Of a DNA stretch of 64,000 nucleotides, positions 12,736 through 24,985 are shown piece by piece. The notes below the pieces were generated by a model that searched no databases, was not told the origin of the DNA, and worked only from the letters and a program-made list of their open reading frames with translations. How positions within the stretch are numbered: position 1 is the stretch's first letter; each line of letters opens with the position of its first letter. The translations under genes were made by a program, and so were the position numbers. The stretch comes from the human T2T-CHM13v2.0 reference genome, Homo sapiens, in assembly GCF_009914755.1 (NCBI RefSeq), contig NC_060928.1; one strand, written 5' to 3'.

Positions 12736-13149
12736 TATTCTCATGTATTTTGACCATTGAGCTAATCTTTGGATTATCCAACAGTATCCAGAAAACTTTT
12801 GAACTGTATATACTCACTGTAACAGAATTCTTGTTTACAGGATTTACACTGGAATGAATACAAAATAAAACACATACTATAAATCCAACAGAAAATTTAG
12901 TTTCATAATTCTCATATTTTTATGAATTATATTTTTTGCATAAGTATTATGTTGTTTAAACTGTATTATGAATAAACTTTCATCAACTATAATTCGTCAT
13001 TTCAAAGAGTCTTTCCTCTTGGCTATACATTGCAATTTTCTCCTTGAGATTAATAATGCCTTCCATATTCTCTATTTATTTTCAGTTATGTATTTTATTT
13101 TACCTACCTTGTTCACTTCCAGAGCATTGTGTCTTCCTAAGTATTACCC

Positions 13150-15350
13150 ACCATCACCTATCATTGAAGCTATCATCAGATGACACCACCCACTGCAACT
13201 GCTCCTCTTAATTATTTAGAGATTCTCAGATTACTTCCTCTTACATTAGGCACTCACTCTTCAAGACTATACCTCTAATAAGTCTTAATAATTTCCGTGT
13301 TTCTATAAGGACTCTTTGCAATAATCATGCCTCCCCCTTTCTTCTACGGTCATATTTTTACAAAACCGCTGCTATTTACACTCATAGGCACATACTAGAT
13401 TTCATTATTACAAAACATGATGCATTTCTACATTTTCAATATCGAGCCCAACTCTCTTCTTTCCACGTGTCTTATTAATTCCCCAAACCATAAATCTCAT
13501 TGACCCTAACACCTTTACACTTTATTTCATGTTACAGTTTCCTTACTTATCATTGTAATAATTTTTTATCCTTAACATCCTGGCTCACGTCTCCCTTTAT
13601 CATAATTAAACGGTAAAAATCTAATTAAGTCCATTCTTTGTCCACTTCACGACCTCATCTGAGCAGTTGAATGTAGCTGGTAGAGAAAATTATATAACAT
13701 TACTGTTCTGATGAATCTCACTTTAAATTTATGGCTTCTCATTTGAAATCAGTTCTTAATACTTCTCTATAATTCTACAGTGTTATTTTACCCACTTTAC
13801 TACTATTCTAAAAGATACTTTTGGTACCTTTGATTATTTCATTTAACCTCAAAGACTTCTTTCTTCTTTCTCAACCTAAGCTAATGAACATACTTCCCAA
13901 TTCACTGAGAATAAAAACAATCAGAAGAGAACTTCCACAAACGTCCCCCACAATCACAACTACTGCCACATTTGTCAGTGTGCCTGCACTGTGTCCCTAT
14001 TATCTAAATTGTATTCAGATATTTCAGATGAATATTGCAAACTATTATATATGGTCACCTATTCAAGAATTATAAGTAGTTTTTCTCATTCTCTCCTGCA
14101 TCATGAATACCTTCTCCTTACTGGATTATTTCTATCTGCATACAAACATATTGGATTAACTCCCATCTTTAAAACAAAATAGAGCAAAACAAAATCAAAC
14201 TTTCTCTTCACCGTTATATCTTCCTACTGCTAATACCTATGCCACTGCTCCTGCTTACAGAATATTTTTTTTTCAATGAGTTCTTCTTGGCTTTTGCTTC
14301 CAATTATTCTCTTTGTATTCTCTCCTGAATAAATTTCAATCATACCTGAATCAATTTCAATCATTCTCACCATTCTAATACTATATATTATGACACAGCC
14401 ACTAATAACTTTCACATTAATAAGTAAAATGGTCAACTATTCTGCTTTATTTATTTTCCCTACTTCAATGTTTGCATACTTATTCAGTCTCTCTTCCTTA
14501 AGATAATGTTGTAAGAATCTTATAATGCCATTATTTCTTGGATACATTCTTTACTTATTGTTAATACCTTCTAAGAATTATTGGCTGACTCTTTCTTGAC
14601 TTTCTACATTCTAAATATTGCAATATTCCAAGGCCCAATCTGAAAGATTTTCTCTTTTCTACGTATTGTCATTAGAAGAGTAACACACCCAGGCTATGGA
14701 GTTAAAATGCAGTTCATACATTGATTACCTCCTGATTTATATTTCTAGCTTGGCCCTTAGCTGTGGACTCAAAATTCAAATTGGTCCACTCGTGTATTTG
14801 AAATTGAGCTTTGATTTTATTTTTTCCAAATTTGCTTCTTTTCATTATAGTAAACGGAAATTTTATCTTCAATGTAGAAGACTGAGCAGTAGCCCAGGTT
14901 CACATATAATCTATATAAGCTTATTTGCTACATCTGACTTCATCCAGCATTCTTATGTCTTATAGATATCACTCAAAGCACACTGACCTACTTCCTTTTC
15001 TTGATCACATCTTGGTAACTTGCATTGGCTGTATTCTGTTTAAAACGTTCTTCAGGTTTCCACATGGCTTTGCCTCACATTTTCCTCAATTATCTGTTCA
15101 AGTGCTACTTTTTAGTGAAAAAAAATGTATATGTTACATAAAACAGCAACCCCCAAAATGTCACTACATACAAATTCTCATTCATCATAGCACTTATCAT
15201 CATTTTGTACGTTATTTGTTTGCTTACTTACGTATTCTCTAGCTCCTTTGAGTAAGATACAAATCCTATTTGAAAAATATACATTCTTTTCCATGTCTAG
15301 AGGACTATCAGACACATAATAGGTACTCAATAAATTATTGGATGAATGAG
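13150..15350 (+). mobile_element. Long L2 (L2a-like) ORF2/3' remnant
   Basis: aaacaatcagaagagaacttccaca and other L2 pyrimidine-rich motifs; 3' end aggtactcaataaattattggatgaatga. Confidence 0.75.
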
Positions 15351-15384
15351 TCTTTTGAATTTTCTTGTTACTTTTTTTTCTATT

Positions 15385-16140
15385 TCCCATGCACCATTAT
15401 TACCTACTTGCTGTTTTTCCAAAATATGTTCCAGTCCTCACCCTTTCTCATCTCCACTGCTACAATGTTGGTCCAAGACACCATCCATGCCTCCATTGAT
15501 AATTATATCAACCATCTGATTGTTCTCCCTGCATTCTCTTTTCTAGTCACATGGAATTAATCTGATAAAAAGTGTAAGTAATCTTCCCAAGGAGTAAAAA
15601 TTATCACACCATTTAACTGCAAACACTCTTGAGCTAGCTTTCCATTGTAAATCAAAGAGCATCCACACTTTCTACCAAGGTCTACAAGGCCTGCAAGATA
15701 TATCTTCATATGATATCAGAGGTCTAACTCTCTGATTCCATCTCTTATGACTCATTGGTTCTTTTGCTATACTTCAGTCAAACTTGTTTTCTGTTTTTTC
15801 CTTGAACACACTAAGCTTATTTTTGACTCAGATTTTTTTTATATTTTTGAGTTCTTGGAAAGTGTTTCTGTTAACACATTTTCATGTTGCCTTCTTCTAA
15901 TCATTCAAATCTTAACTCTAACATAATCTTCTCAAAGAGTCTCTGAGCACATAAGTGATGTAAACTATTTTTTCTTATAATTAAGATTATCTAAATTATG
16001 TCCTTATTTGTTAATAGAATTATAATCATTTTCTTCTACTAGCATGAAAATCTTTGAAGGCAGGGACTTTTATATCTTGTTTAGTTCCTGAGTCTCCAAC
16101 ACCTATGATATTTAAATTCCATAATATTTATTTAATGAAT
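15385..16140 (+). mobile_element. Second L2 3' remnant
   Basis: tctcatctccactgctac, ctacaaggcctgcaagat, tgaaggcagggact, ending atttaatgaat. Confidence 0.7.
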
Positions 16141-16279
16141 TTGTATTGAGAAAAATAATGGTTTGTTGTTGACATTGTAGTTAAACCATGGTCACTTTCA
16201 ACAATGATAAGTGATGAGGCATTATAAAATATAAAAATATAATGAAAAATACTGAGTAATAGTCAGTAGATTAATGGAT

Positions 16280-16602
16280 GAGATGAGAGAGCCCAAAAAC
16301 ATGTATATGCATAGGAGAATATGTCAAATTACAAATCTGGCATTTTAACACGATGAAATGAGTATGTACTATCTTTTAAATGTTGTTGGGACAATTCATT
16401 ATACCATAGAAAAGTAGAATTCTCAGAGTCATATCTTACCTCACCTCAATAAATAATATGTGAGGATTTTAAATAGTAAAAAACAAAACACTCTAATATA
16501 TTACAAGATGAAGAAATTATTTATAATCTTAAAGTGTAGAATGTCTCTTCAAGAAAGATTAAAAACTTAGAATTCATGAGGAAAAATGTTTTTTATGACT
16601 AT
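16280..16602 (+). mobile_element. Old L1M ORF2 fragment abutting the ERV-L 3' LTR
   Basis: gagagcccaaaaac, taaatgttgttgggacaatt. Confidence 0.5.
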
Positions 16603-17111
16603 TGTATTAGCATGGGTTCTCCAGAGAAAGAAAACCAATATGATATAGTTATAGATATAGAATAGACAATATAAATATAAATATAAGAGAGACTTACCAG
16701 AAGAAATTATGTAACCTGAGAAGACCCAAGATCTGCATTTGTCAAGCTGACACCAGGGGAGCTGATAGAATTATAGCTCAGGTCCAAGGACCTGACATCC
16801 AGGAGAACGAATGGTGCAATTTCCAGTCTGAGGCTGGGTCCTAAAGCAGGAGAAGACTGATATCTTAGCTCAAAGACAGTTATATATTGGGAGATAATTC
16901 TTTCTCACACAGATTTTTATTCTATTTAGGTTTTTAATGGATTGGATGAGGCCCACCCACATTGGAAAGAGCAATCTACTTTACACAGTCCACTGATTCA
17001 AATTTTAATCTCATTCAGGAATATCCTCAAAAACATACCCAGAATTACTATAAACTAAAATCTGTGCACCTCATGGCCCAGTCAAATTGACATATAAAAT
17101 TAATTATCTCA
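16603..17111 (-). mobile_element. MLT2 3' LTR of the ERV-L provirus
   Basis: tgtattagcatgggttctccagagaaag ... ccagtcaaattgacatataaaattaattatctca, followed directly by the PPT-side internal sequence agtccacc. Confidence 0.9.
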
Positions 17112-17649
17112 AGTCCACCTTTTGTGGACCTGGCACCCATACACATCTCCTCAAGCCATATTTAACCTCCAAATAAAGAAAATAGCAAGGCCATAATTTG
17201 TCCTAACAAAATACAACTATTCTGAGAACAATTAGAAAAGCATTAATCTCTTTCTCAAGAGAAGTAAAGTGTTTGAGTGATGTGTACTGTTCTCTATCTT
17301 AAATGCTGTAATATAAAATTAATAATACTTAAGTATAATGATATAAAATCATCAAATCAATACAGCTTATATTAAGTGATAAAGGGATAAGAGAGGTAAG
17401 AAAAAAATAGATTATCCATATGACTATACACACAAACATATTCATAACAAAATAAGGAGGAATATTTATGACAATTATAGTCTATGTTTCTGTAACTGGT
17501 TACATGGTCGTAACTGGAATCTACAACTACCTTCTTCGTCTACCCATTCTCTATTACCTTTTACCTTTGAAAGCATCTCAGGTTTTCATGGTTCTTTACC
17601 TGATGGAGTGACCCAAATCTTTACAATTGAAGGGTCTGGGCCATTAGTG

Positions 17650-20600
17650 GTCCTGCCTGGAATGGGTGGTTGTAATTTTTTATTGATATTAATCACAGGG
17701 TATAGCAATACTAAGATATAACTTAAGGAATCTCCTTATTCCAGACATGCTCTTCTTCCATTAGGGAGTAGCAGTCCAATTTCTTTTTGGTAGTAAGAAT
17801 CAATTACCCTGGCTGACACCAAAACTTCCTACTTTGCTTGTTGATTCAGAGTCATGAGGAGTTTAAAGTGGCTAGGTGGCAGTCTTAATTTTCAGGTTAG
17901 TGTGATCATTGTTATGTCTCATGGTGGAAACATGTTTCTCTTTGGAACAAATACCTCTAGGCCAGCAGTGTATAAGGTTGTGGGAACAGGAAAAAAAAAT
18001 TAGCTAGTGGGTCAATAGGAGTAATAGTGAGTGGTGCTAGTCTCATTTTCACCCCTTGATCCCTGTACCCATGAATCTTGGCTGTTGGAGAAATAACATC
18101 ATATATTAGATGCTAATTGAGAGTGTATACAACCTCCTGCAGAATGTTATTTGAGCCCTGAAACGTATTTTCATCTATCTGGTGCTGTAACTGAGTCCTC
18201 AAAAGGATGCCACCGTTTTACCAAACTAGTTGTTTCAGGATGGTGGGGAACATGGTAATATCTGAGAATTTCATGAACATTGACTGACCCATAGCCCTAT
18301 TAAATTCGCTGTAAAGCATGTTCCTTGATGAGAAATAGTGCTGGGTGAAATACCATGATGTTGGGTAAAGCATCCCACAAGTACACAAACTGTAGTTTTT
18401 GGCAGAAGCATTGTATGAAACTAAGGCTAATTCATATTCAAAGTAAGTGTCCATTTCAGTAAGAAAAAATATTGCTTTACTTTGTAGTTTGAAAACAGTC
18501 CAATGTAATCAACCTGCTTCCAGGTAGCTGGCTAATCCCTCTAAAAAATGGTGCCATATTGAGGACTCAGTGTTAGTCTCTACTGCTGGCAGATTGAGGA
18601 AACCTAAGCAGTGATCATAACCAGGCCAGTCTCCGTGAGTGGAAGTCCATGATGCTGAGCTCATGCATAACTTCCATCACTGCCACCATAACCGCTTTTT
18701 TCATGAACCCATTAGGTTATGACAAGGGTGGCTAGAGAAAGAGCCTGATTGGTATCCATAGACTGGGTCATCCTATCCAATTCATTATTAAAATCTTCTG
18801 CTAAGGTCTTCCTTTTTGAGTATTCATGTAAGACACAAAAATCTTCATGTCTATTGTCCATTAAGAGAGGTCTATCCACATACTTATTTCCCAAATTTCC
18901 TTGTCATCAATTTTCCAATTATATTCCTTCCAAATGTCTGACTGTTCAGTCAAGCAACAGGCCAAATCCCATGAATTAGTACATAATCCCACATCTGGCC
19001 ATTTTTCCTTCTAATCAAAGTATACAACCAGGTACACTGCTCAGAAATCCACTAGGAGGATTTCCCTTCACCAACGTCCTTTAAGAATGCCCCTGAAAGG
19101 GGATATAGCTGTCCGCTTTTGAACAGTTTCTGCGTATCATACATAATGATCTGGAAACAAGGCCACAGTCTTCTGTTCCTCTGCCAATTGATTATAAGCA
19201 ACTCTCTGTGATGCTATAGGTAGGATGCGAGAGAAACAACAGTGTAGCAGGAGACAAGAGCAAGGACATTTGGGCCACTTCTTCATGCAACTGACTTCAG
19301 GTCTGCTTAAGCCCAGCCATATATATACTACACCTATTTGAAGTAGTACTACTATGCATGCCCAATTTTATGGCTTGGTGAATCTGATAATACTCATTTC
19401 AAAATGTGTAGCTCAGGTCACATGGTAACGTGATGGTTCATAGTTAAGTGTTCAGTATCTACTGAGGCCCAGGAGCAGGCCAAAAGCTGTTTCCAAAAAA
19501 GAAGAAAAGTTTTTTTTTGGATGGGTGATAGGACACTTTGCTCCAATATCCTAAGGATTGCACTGTGATTCTCCTATAAAGAACTGCCAGTCACTCCAAA
19601 CAGCATCCCTATGTGCCATTGATACTTTATCTGTCACTGAATCTGCTGGATCATATGGTCCAAGCAGCAGAGCAGCTTGCACAGCAACCTGTATGAGTTG
19701 GAAATCCTTCTCTTATTCTGGAATCCACTTAAAACTGGCAGCTTATTGGGCCACTCAGTAAATAAGCCAAAGTAATACACCCAAATGAAAAACATTTTTT
19801 TTCTCCAAAATCTAGGGACACACTAAGCATCATGCCTTTTTTTTGGTTGTGTGGGGCCAGACACAACAACTTATCCTTCACCTTAGAAGAGATATCTTGA
19901 CATGCTGCATACCACTGAAGCCCGAGAAATTTCACTGAGGTAGAAGGGCCATAGTTTTTTGTTAGATTTATTTCTCACCCTCTGACATGTGTAGATCTCA
20001 TCAATCTGTCTACAGTAGTTGCTACCTCTTGTTCACTACATCAAATCAACATAATTTCATCAATGTGATGGACCAGTATAATATCTTGTTGAAGGGAAAT
20101 TAAATCAAGTTCTGTGTAAACTACATTATTATATAGGGCCAGAGAGTTTATATATCCCTGAGGTGGGACAGTGAAGTTATATAGCTGGCCTTGTCAGCTG
20201 AAAGAAAACTGCTTATGGTGGTCTTTACTAAAAGGTATAAAGAAAAAAGAAAACATTTGCCAGCTTAATAGCTGCATACCAGGGACCAAGGGATGTGTTA
20301 ATTTTAAGCAATGAAACCACATACAGCAGCTGCAATTGGAGTCACCACCTGGCTAAGCTTATGATAGTACACTGTCATTCTCCATGGTCCCTCTGTCTTC
20401 CACACACACCAGGTAGGCAACTTGAATGAGTATGTAGTGGGAAATCCACCCTTATGTCTTCTGAGTTTTGATGGTAGCACTAATCTCCTCAATTCCTCCA
20501 TAATTGCTATACTGCTTTTGCTTTACTATTTTCCAAAGTAGAGGTAGTTTTATTGGCTTACACTCTCCCTTTTTCACCATACTATCCGTTACTCTACAAG

Positions 20601-20900
20601 TCAGAAAACCATTGTAGAGATTCTACCAGTAGCTGCATATATCTATTTCAATTACGCATTCTAGAACTTAGGAAACAGCCACAAAATAGGTTCTGGGGCT
20701 CACTGGGCTCACTGAGAAATGGACATGAGCCAAAAATTCATAAATCATATGACCTTCACAGGTCCCTGCTTTGATTTGTAGACTAAAGTAACATTTTGGG
20801 TCCCCTGGAATTAGTATCAGTTTAGAGCCAGTGTCTAGTAGTCTCTGAAAGTTGTATTATTTCCCTTTTCCCAATGTACAGTTAACCTGGTAAAAAGCCA
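17650..20900 (-). pseudogene. ERV-L pro-pol-dUTPase pseudogene
   Basis: Protease LLDTGS (20824-20841); RT WRMTVYYHKLSQVVTPIAAAV, PPQGY, LVHHIDEIM (normally YIDD), KFLGLQW..CQDISSKVKDKLL; linker EDFNNELDRMT; integrase DTY..Y..A; dUTPase KLRLPPSHF; many stops and frameshifts. Confidence 0.9.
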
Positions 20901-21120
20901 TTGATATCTTTGGAGGAAGGCTTTCAGAAAGATTAACAGTATAAATTTTTGATAATGTACTAGGTCCTTCCATGTGGAGACCTGGCCTTGCCTTAATTCA
21001 ATGAGTTTTGGTTAAGTAAACTGTTTCAAGTCTGAAAATTGATTGAGGAGCCATGAATCTCTGGTTGATTCAGGTTAGACTTTTGTTCACTCGACCTAGA
21101 AATTTTCAGTTTATATAGAT

Positions 21121-21400
21121 TGACATAATTTGGCTCTGTATACCCACCCAAATCTCATCTTGAATTGTAATCCCCATGTGTTGGGTGAGGGGCCAGGTGG
21201 GAGTTGATTGAATCAAGGGGACGTCCCCCTTGCTGTTCTCTTGATAGTGAGTGAGTTTCCATGAGATCTGGCTGTTTGAAAGTGTGTGGCACTTCCCCCT
21301 TTGCTCTGCCTGCAGAACTGTGAGTCAATTAAACCTCATGTCTTCATAAATTACCCAGTCTCAAGTAGTCTTTACAGTAGTATGAAAACAGACTAATAAA
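21121..21400 (+). mobile_element. MSTA-like MaLR solo LTR with internal deletion, inserted in ERV-L
   Basis: tgacataatttggctctg ... acagactaataaa; 5-bp TSD tagat/cagat. Confidence 0.85.
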
Positions 21401-21942
21401 CAGATCAAGTAAAAGCTTAGTAAACTTTCATTTCTTATCTACTTCACCATGATCAACTAGCCAACACCATATGTTTGCAGGAGTCAGGCTGTTCTGATTG
21501 CTGCTGTGACTCTGCTTTCCATCATGTTGTCAATACCCACCTTGCATTTGGCAGTTGAGGTCTGCCACTGGGCCCCTCTGACTTAATGATTCAACTACTT
21601 ATATTGCATTTAGGTTTCCCAGTTCAGTGACTGTAGTTCCCACTGTAAGGTCTGAGTTACAGAGAAGAGCAACCACAAAGCTCCTGAAGGATGCTAGGTT
21701 TTCTTCCCGCAAAAATTTATTTCTTGCAGTAGTGGTGAGAGATTTGTCTTTTGGATAGCCTACCCTATCACCACTACAATGTGGGTGAATATGTCTTAAG
21801 TGACAAACCGCTCTAACATTCCAGTCTTTCTAAACCTTTGAATCCCTTCCTCTACATTAAATATGATAGGTTTAGCATGTCTAATGTACAAATGGTGGGC
21901 CACCTTTTGGTCTATGTTTCATCCACCCAAATAAACTGATGG

Positions 21943-23876
21943 TGATGGCAGCTGTGGCCTGTCTGGACTGGCTACTGTGAAGATACTGGATGCAGGAGGG
22001 GAAGGCGTGGCCAGTGCTGTGCACTCCATGGAGTTGGCAGGAGCCAGACACAGGTGGGAGCCCTGCCCCCTTCCAAGTTGGCAGGGCCCTATAACCCCGG
22101 GTACACCTGCAGTCAACAAGCTATGGCTATGGACCTAGGCATCCCTGAGCATTTGGGGGCTGGGAAGCCCACCATTCCCCACAGGGGGGTGCTGCTCCCA
22201 CTGCCTGAACTCTCCCTGCTCCTGGTGTCCACTCTGGGGTGGAGGAAAATTGTGGACATGAACGGGTGCTGATATGATCCAGCCAGTTGTGCACACACTC
22301 AGGGTAGCACTGCCAGCCCTGTGCTGCCTCGCCCAGTTCCCCCAGGGTTTGGGCACTGACAAGCTCAGGGAGGGAGTCCAAGGTGGAACTCAGGGTAGCT
22401 TGGCGCAGGCCTGTAGGCACCACTTTGCATGAACACCCTGGGCTCTGTGGATGACATGATTGATGGTGGCAGGAGGCAGACAGGCTCCAGGGCAGTGATG
22501 TGGTTTGGCTCTCTCCACTGAAATCTCATCTTGAATTGTAGCTCCCACAATTCCCACCTGTCACGGGAGGGGCCCAATGGGAGGTAATTGGATCATGGGG
22601 GTGGGTCTTTCCTGTGTTGTTCTCATGATAGTGAGTGAGTCTCATGGAGATCTGATGATTTTATAAGAAGGAATTCCCCTGCACAAGTCCTCTCTCTTGC
22701 CCACTGCCATGTAAGAAGTCCCTTTGCTCTTCCTTTGTCTTCTGCCATGATTGTGAGCCTTCCCAAGCTATCTGGAACTGTGAGTCCATTAAACTTCTTT
22801 TTCTTTATAGGTCACCCAGTCTCAGGCATGTCTTTGTCAGCAGCCCAAAAATGGACTAATACAGGCAGAAATGGGCAGGTCCCTGGTTAAGCTCCACCTT
22901 CACACCAGGGATGGCCTGAAGCATCAGGACTGAGCTGTCACTTCCAGGTGGAATCTGTGGACTGGAGTGAGAACTTATGGTTATTTTTCCAGCCTCAACC
23001 ATGGCCACACATTGAACAATCAGCACACATTTCTTCCCTTCTGAGCCCATAAAAACCCTGGACTCAATCAGACTCCAACACTCTTGGGATGACCTCCCTG
23101 TGGAAAGGAGCTACTCATGGTGGGTCTCCTCTCCACTTAGAGCTGGACACTTGTCAGGATAACCTGCCCGCAGAAAGGAGCTACCCAGTTCAGTTCTCCT
23201 GAGAGCTGTTCTGTCACTCAATGAAGCTCCTTTCCATCTTGCTCAACCTCCAGTTGTCAGAGTACCTCATTCTTCCTAGATGTGGGACAAGAATTCAGGT
23301 CCATCGGAATGGTGGGACTGAAAGAGCTGTAACAAAAATGGGGCTGAAACATGCCCCTCCCACTTGCCACATTGAGGGCAATGAGAAGGAGAGAAGAGCT
23401 GTGAGCCTTTGGGGAGCTCAGACCTAGGGGCTTCCCAAGCCAGGGCTCTGACACCTTCTTTGGTGTCTGTGGTTCCTGGTGTCTCCAAGCTCCTGGGCAC
23501 CATAGCATTGCTGTCATCCAGGCACAAATGTCTGCAGCAGAAGCCACATGTGGTACATCTGGTCTAGCTGCAGCCTCACATGGAGCCAGCACCTGTGCCA
23601 GTGCCTGGAGCTGCCTGCCCCACTGCAGCAACTGGCATGCCCAGCTGTGCACAATGACTGGACCCTGTGCTCACTTGCCCACACATGCCTTGCCACTCTG
23701 CACCTGGCTCACCCTTGGCAGGTGTGGGATCCAGGTCAGTAGCGTGAGCAGAGCACAGTCTCCCTGGCTGAGTGGGCTGAACAAGCCCAGTAGGCCTGAG
23801 CAATATGCATTCAGGAGGCACCACTGGCCACAGAGGTTTCCAGCTGGCAAAGTGACACCCCAAAGATCCCATGACA
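21943..23876 (+). mobile_element. MER52-family (ERV1) GC-rich solo LTR inserted in ERV-L gag
   Basis: Starts tgatggcagc and ends caaagatcccatgaca; perfect 4-bp TSD ATGG (21939-21942, 23877-23880); internal polyA signal caatgaa. Confidence 0.85.
22496..22863 (+). mobile_element. THE1 (B/C/D-like) solo LTR inserted in MER52
   Basis: tgatgtggtttggctct ... atggactaataca; perfect 5-bp TSD GGCAG (22491-22495, 22864-22868). Confidence 0.92.
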
Positions 23877-24928
23877 ATGGGGCTCTTTCTAACTCCCTGT
23901 GCTACAACATTAATTGCAGAATCTCTGTTTATTGAGATTTAATGAGCAGCATCTCAGTTTATTGACCACTTACCGATAACTTCAGCCTGATCTAACTTAA
24001 CGTTTCTTCCACCATTATCCCACACATTAATAATAACCATTTCCACACAAGTTCTTCAGATTTCCATCAGTTCAAGTTAGAAAACTCAAGTAGTTCTTTT
24101 AGAGTTTAGTGCACATCCTCATGGGTCACAGTTTGTGCTGTACCTTTAGGGGCCTGGTGGGACTTGCATCTACTTATAGGTTTAGAAGCAAAGAAGGGTG
24201 GTAGGATTGCTTCCAAGGAGAATCAGCACTGTCTTGCATAGCAACTTACTTAGTGGGGGTCATTACAGTCTCCAGAGGCAATGCAGAGCTAATCTCAGAG
24301 GGAAGTGGAGAGGCCACCACCACTAGGGTGGGGAGACATCTTCTACTGGCAAAAATGGTTCATCATAATTTAGATAATCAATGCCTCCAGCTTCCCCATT
24401 TCAACTTACAAGATACCACTCTTTCCCAACCAATTGCCCTCACTGTAAGAACAGGTACCCTTCTAAGCTGAAAGTTCAACTTGTAAATCAACCAGTTTCG
24501 GTTAGATTTTGCATTTGCTCTTCAGTAGTCCCAGCCTTGTGGCTACAGGAGATAAGGGTCTCCATCAGGGCATAAATAAGAGCAATCAGTCCTTTACGGG
24601 GCACTTGACCTAGGAATTTGAATCTCTGTGTTTATTGCATTTTTATCACTTTTTCAGTGACATTACAAGTAACCGGCCAAGTATCATACGCACAGTAACC
24701 CAGCTCCTTTCTTCTTCTAAGTGCCTAATTAGGAATACTCAAAGAAAATATTTGCAAATCTTTATTGCCAGATCACCCTATAGACTATCAGTGCTCTCTT
24801 TAACACTGAAAATAGAGTCACTAGCATCTTCAAATCCAATCAGTTTGGAGGGAGAATTCCAGAAATCTTACAATTAAGACTCATCCTTAAATTTATCTTC
24901 CTCTAGAACCATTCTCAGTACCTAAATC

Positions 24929-24985
24929 TATATTAGCCTGGGTTCTTCAAAAAAAGGGGTGTGTGTGTGTGTGTGTGTGTGTGTG
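24929..24985 (-). mobile_element. Remnant of the ERV-L 5' MLT2 LTR ending in a (TG)n tract
   Basis: tatattagcctgggttcttc abuts the PBS; similarity stops at (TG)n. Confidence 0.75.

Larger units (their letters stand above)
17112..24928 (-). mobile_element. ERV-L internal region (gag-pro-pol-dUTPase, no env), decayed and interrupted by three LTR insertions
   Basis: ERV-L-type tRNA-Leu PBS next to the 5' LTR (minus strand gatttaggtactgagaatggttctagag), PPT end at 17112, recognisable pol peptides. Confidence 0.9.

Noticed and set aside
21919-23935. Dense overlapping ORFs up to 135 aa and a GC-rich island suggesting a gene or promoter
   Set aside because: Entirely within the TSD-bounded MER52/THE1 LTRs; CpG-depleted; peptides have no recognisable domain
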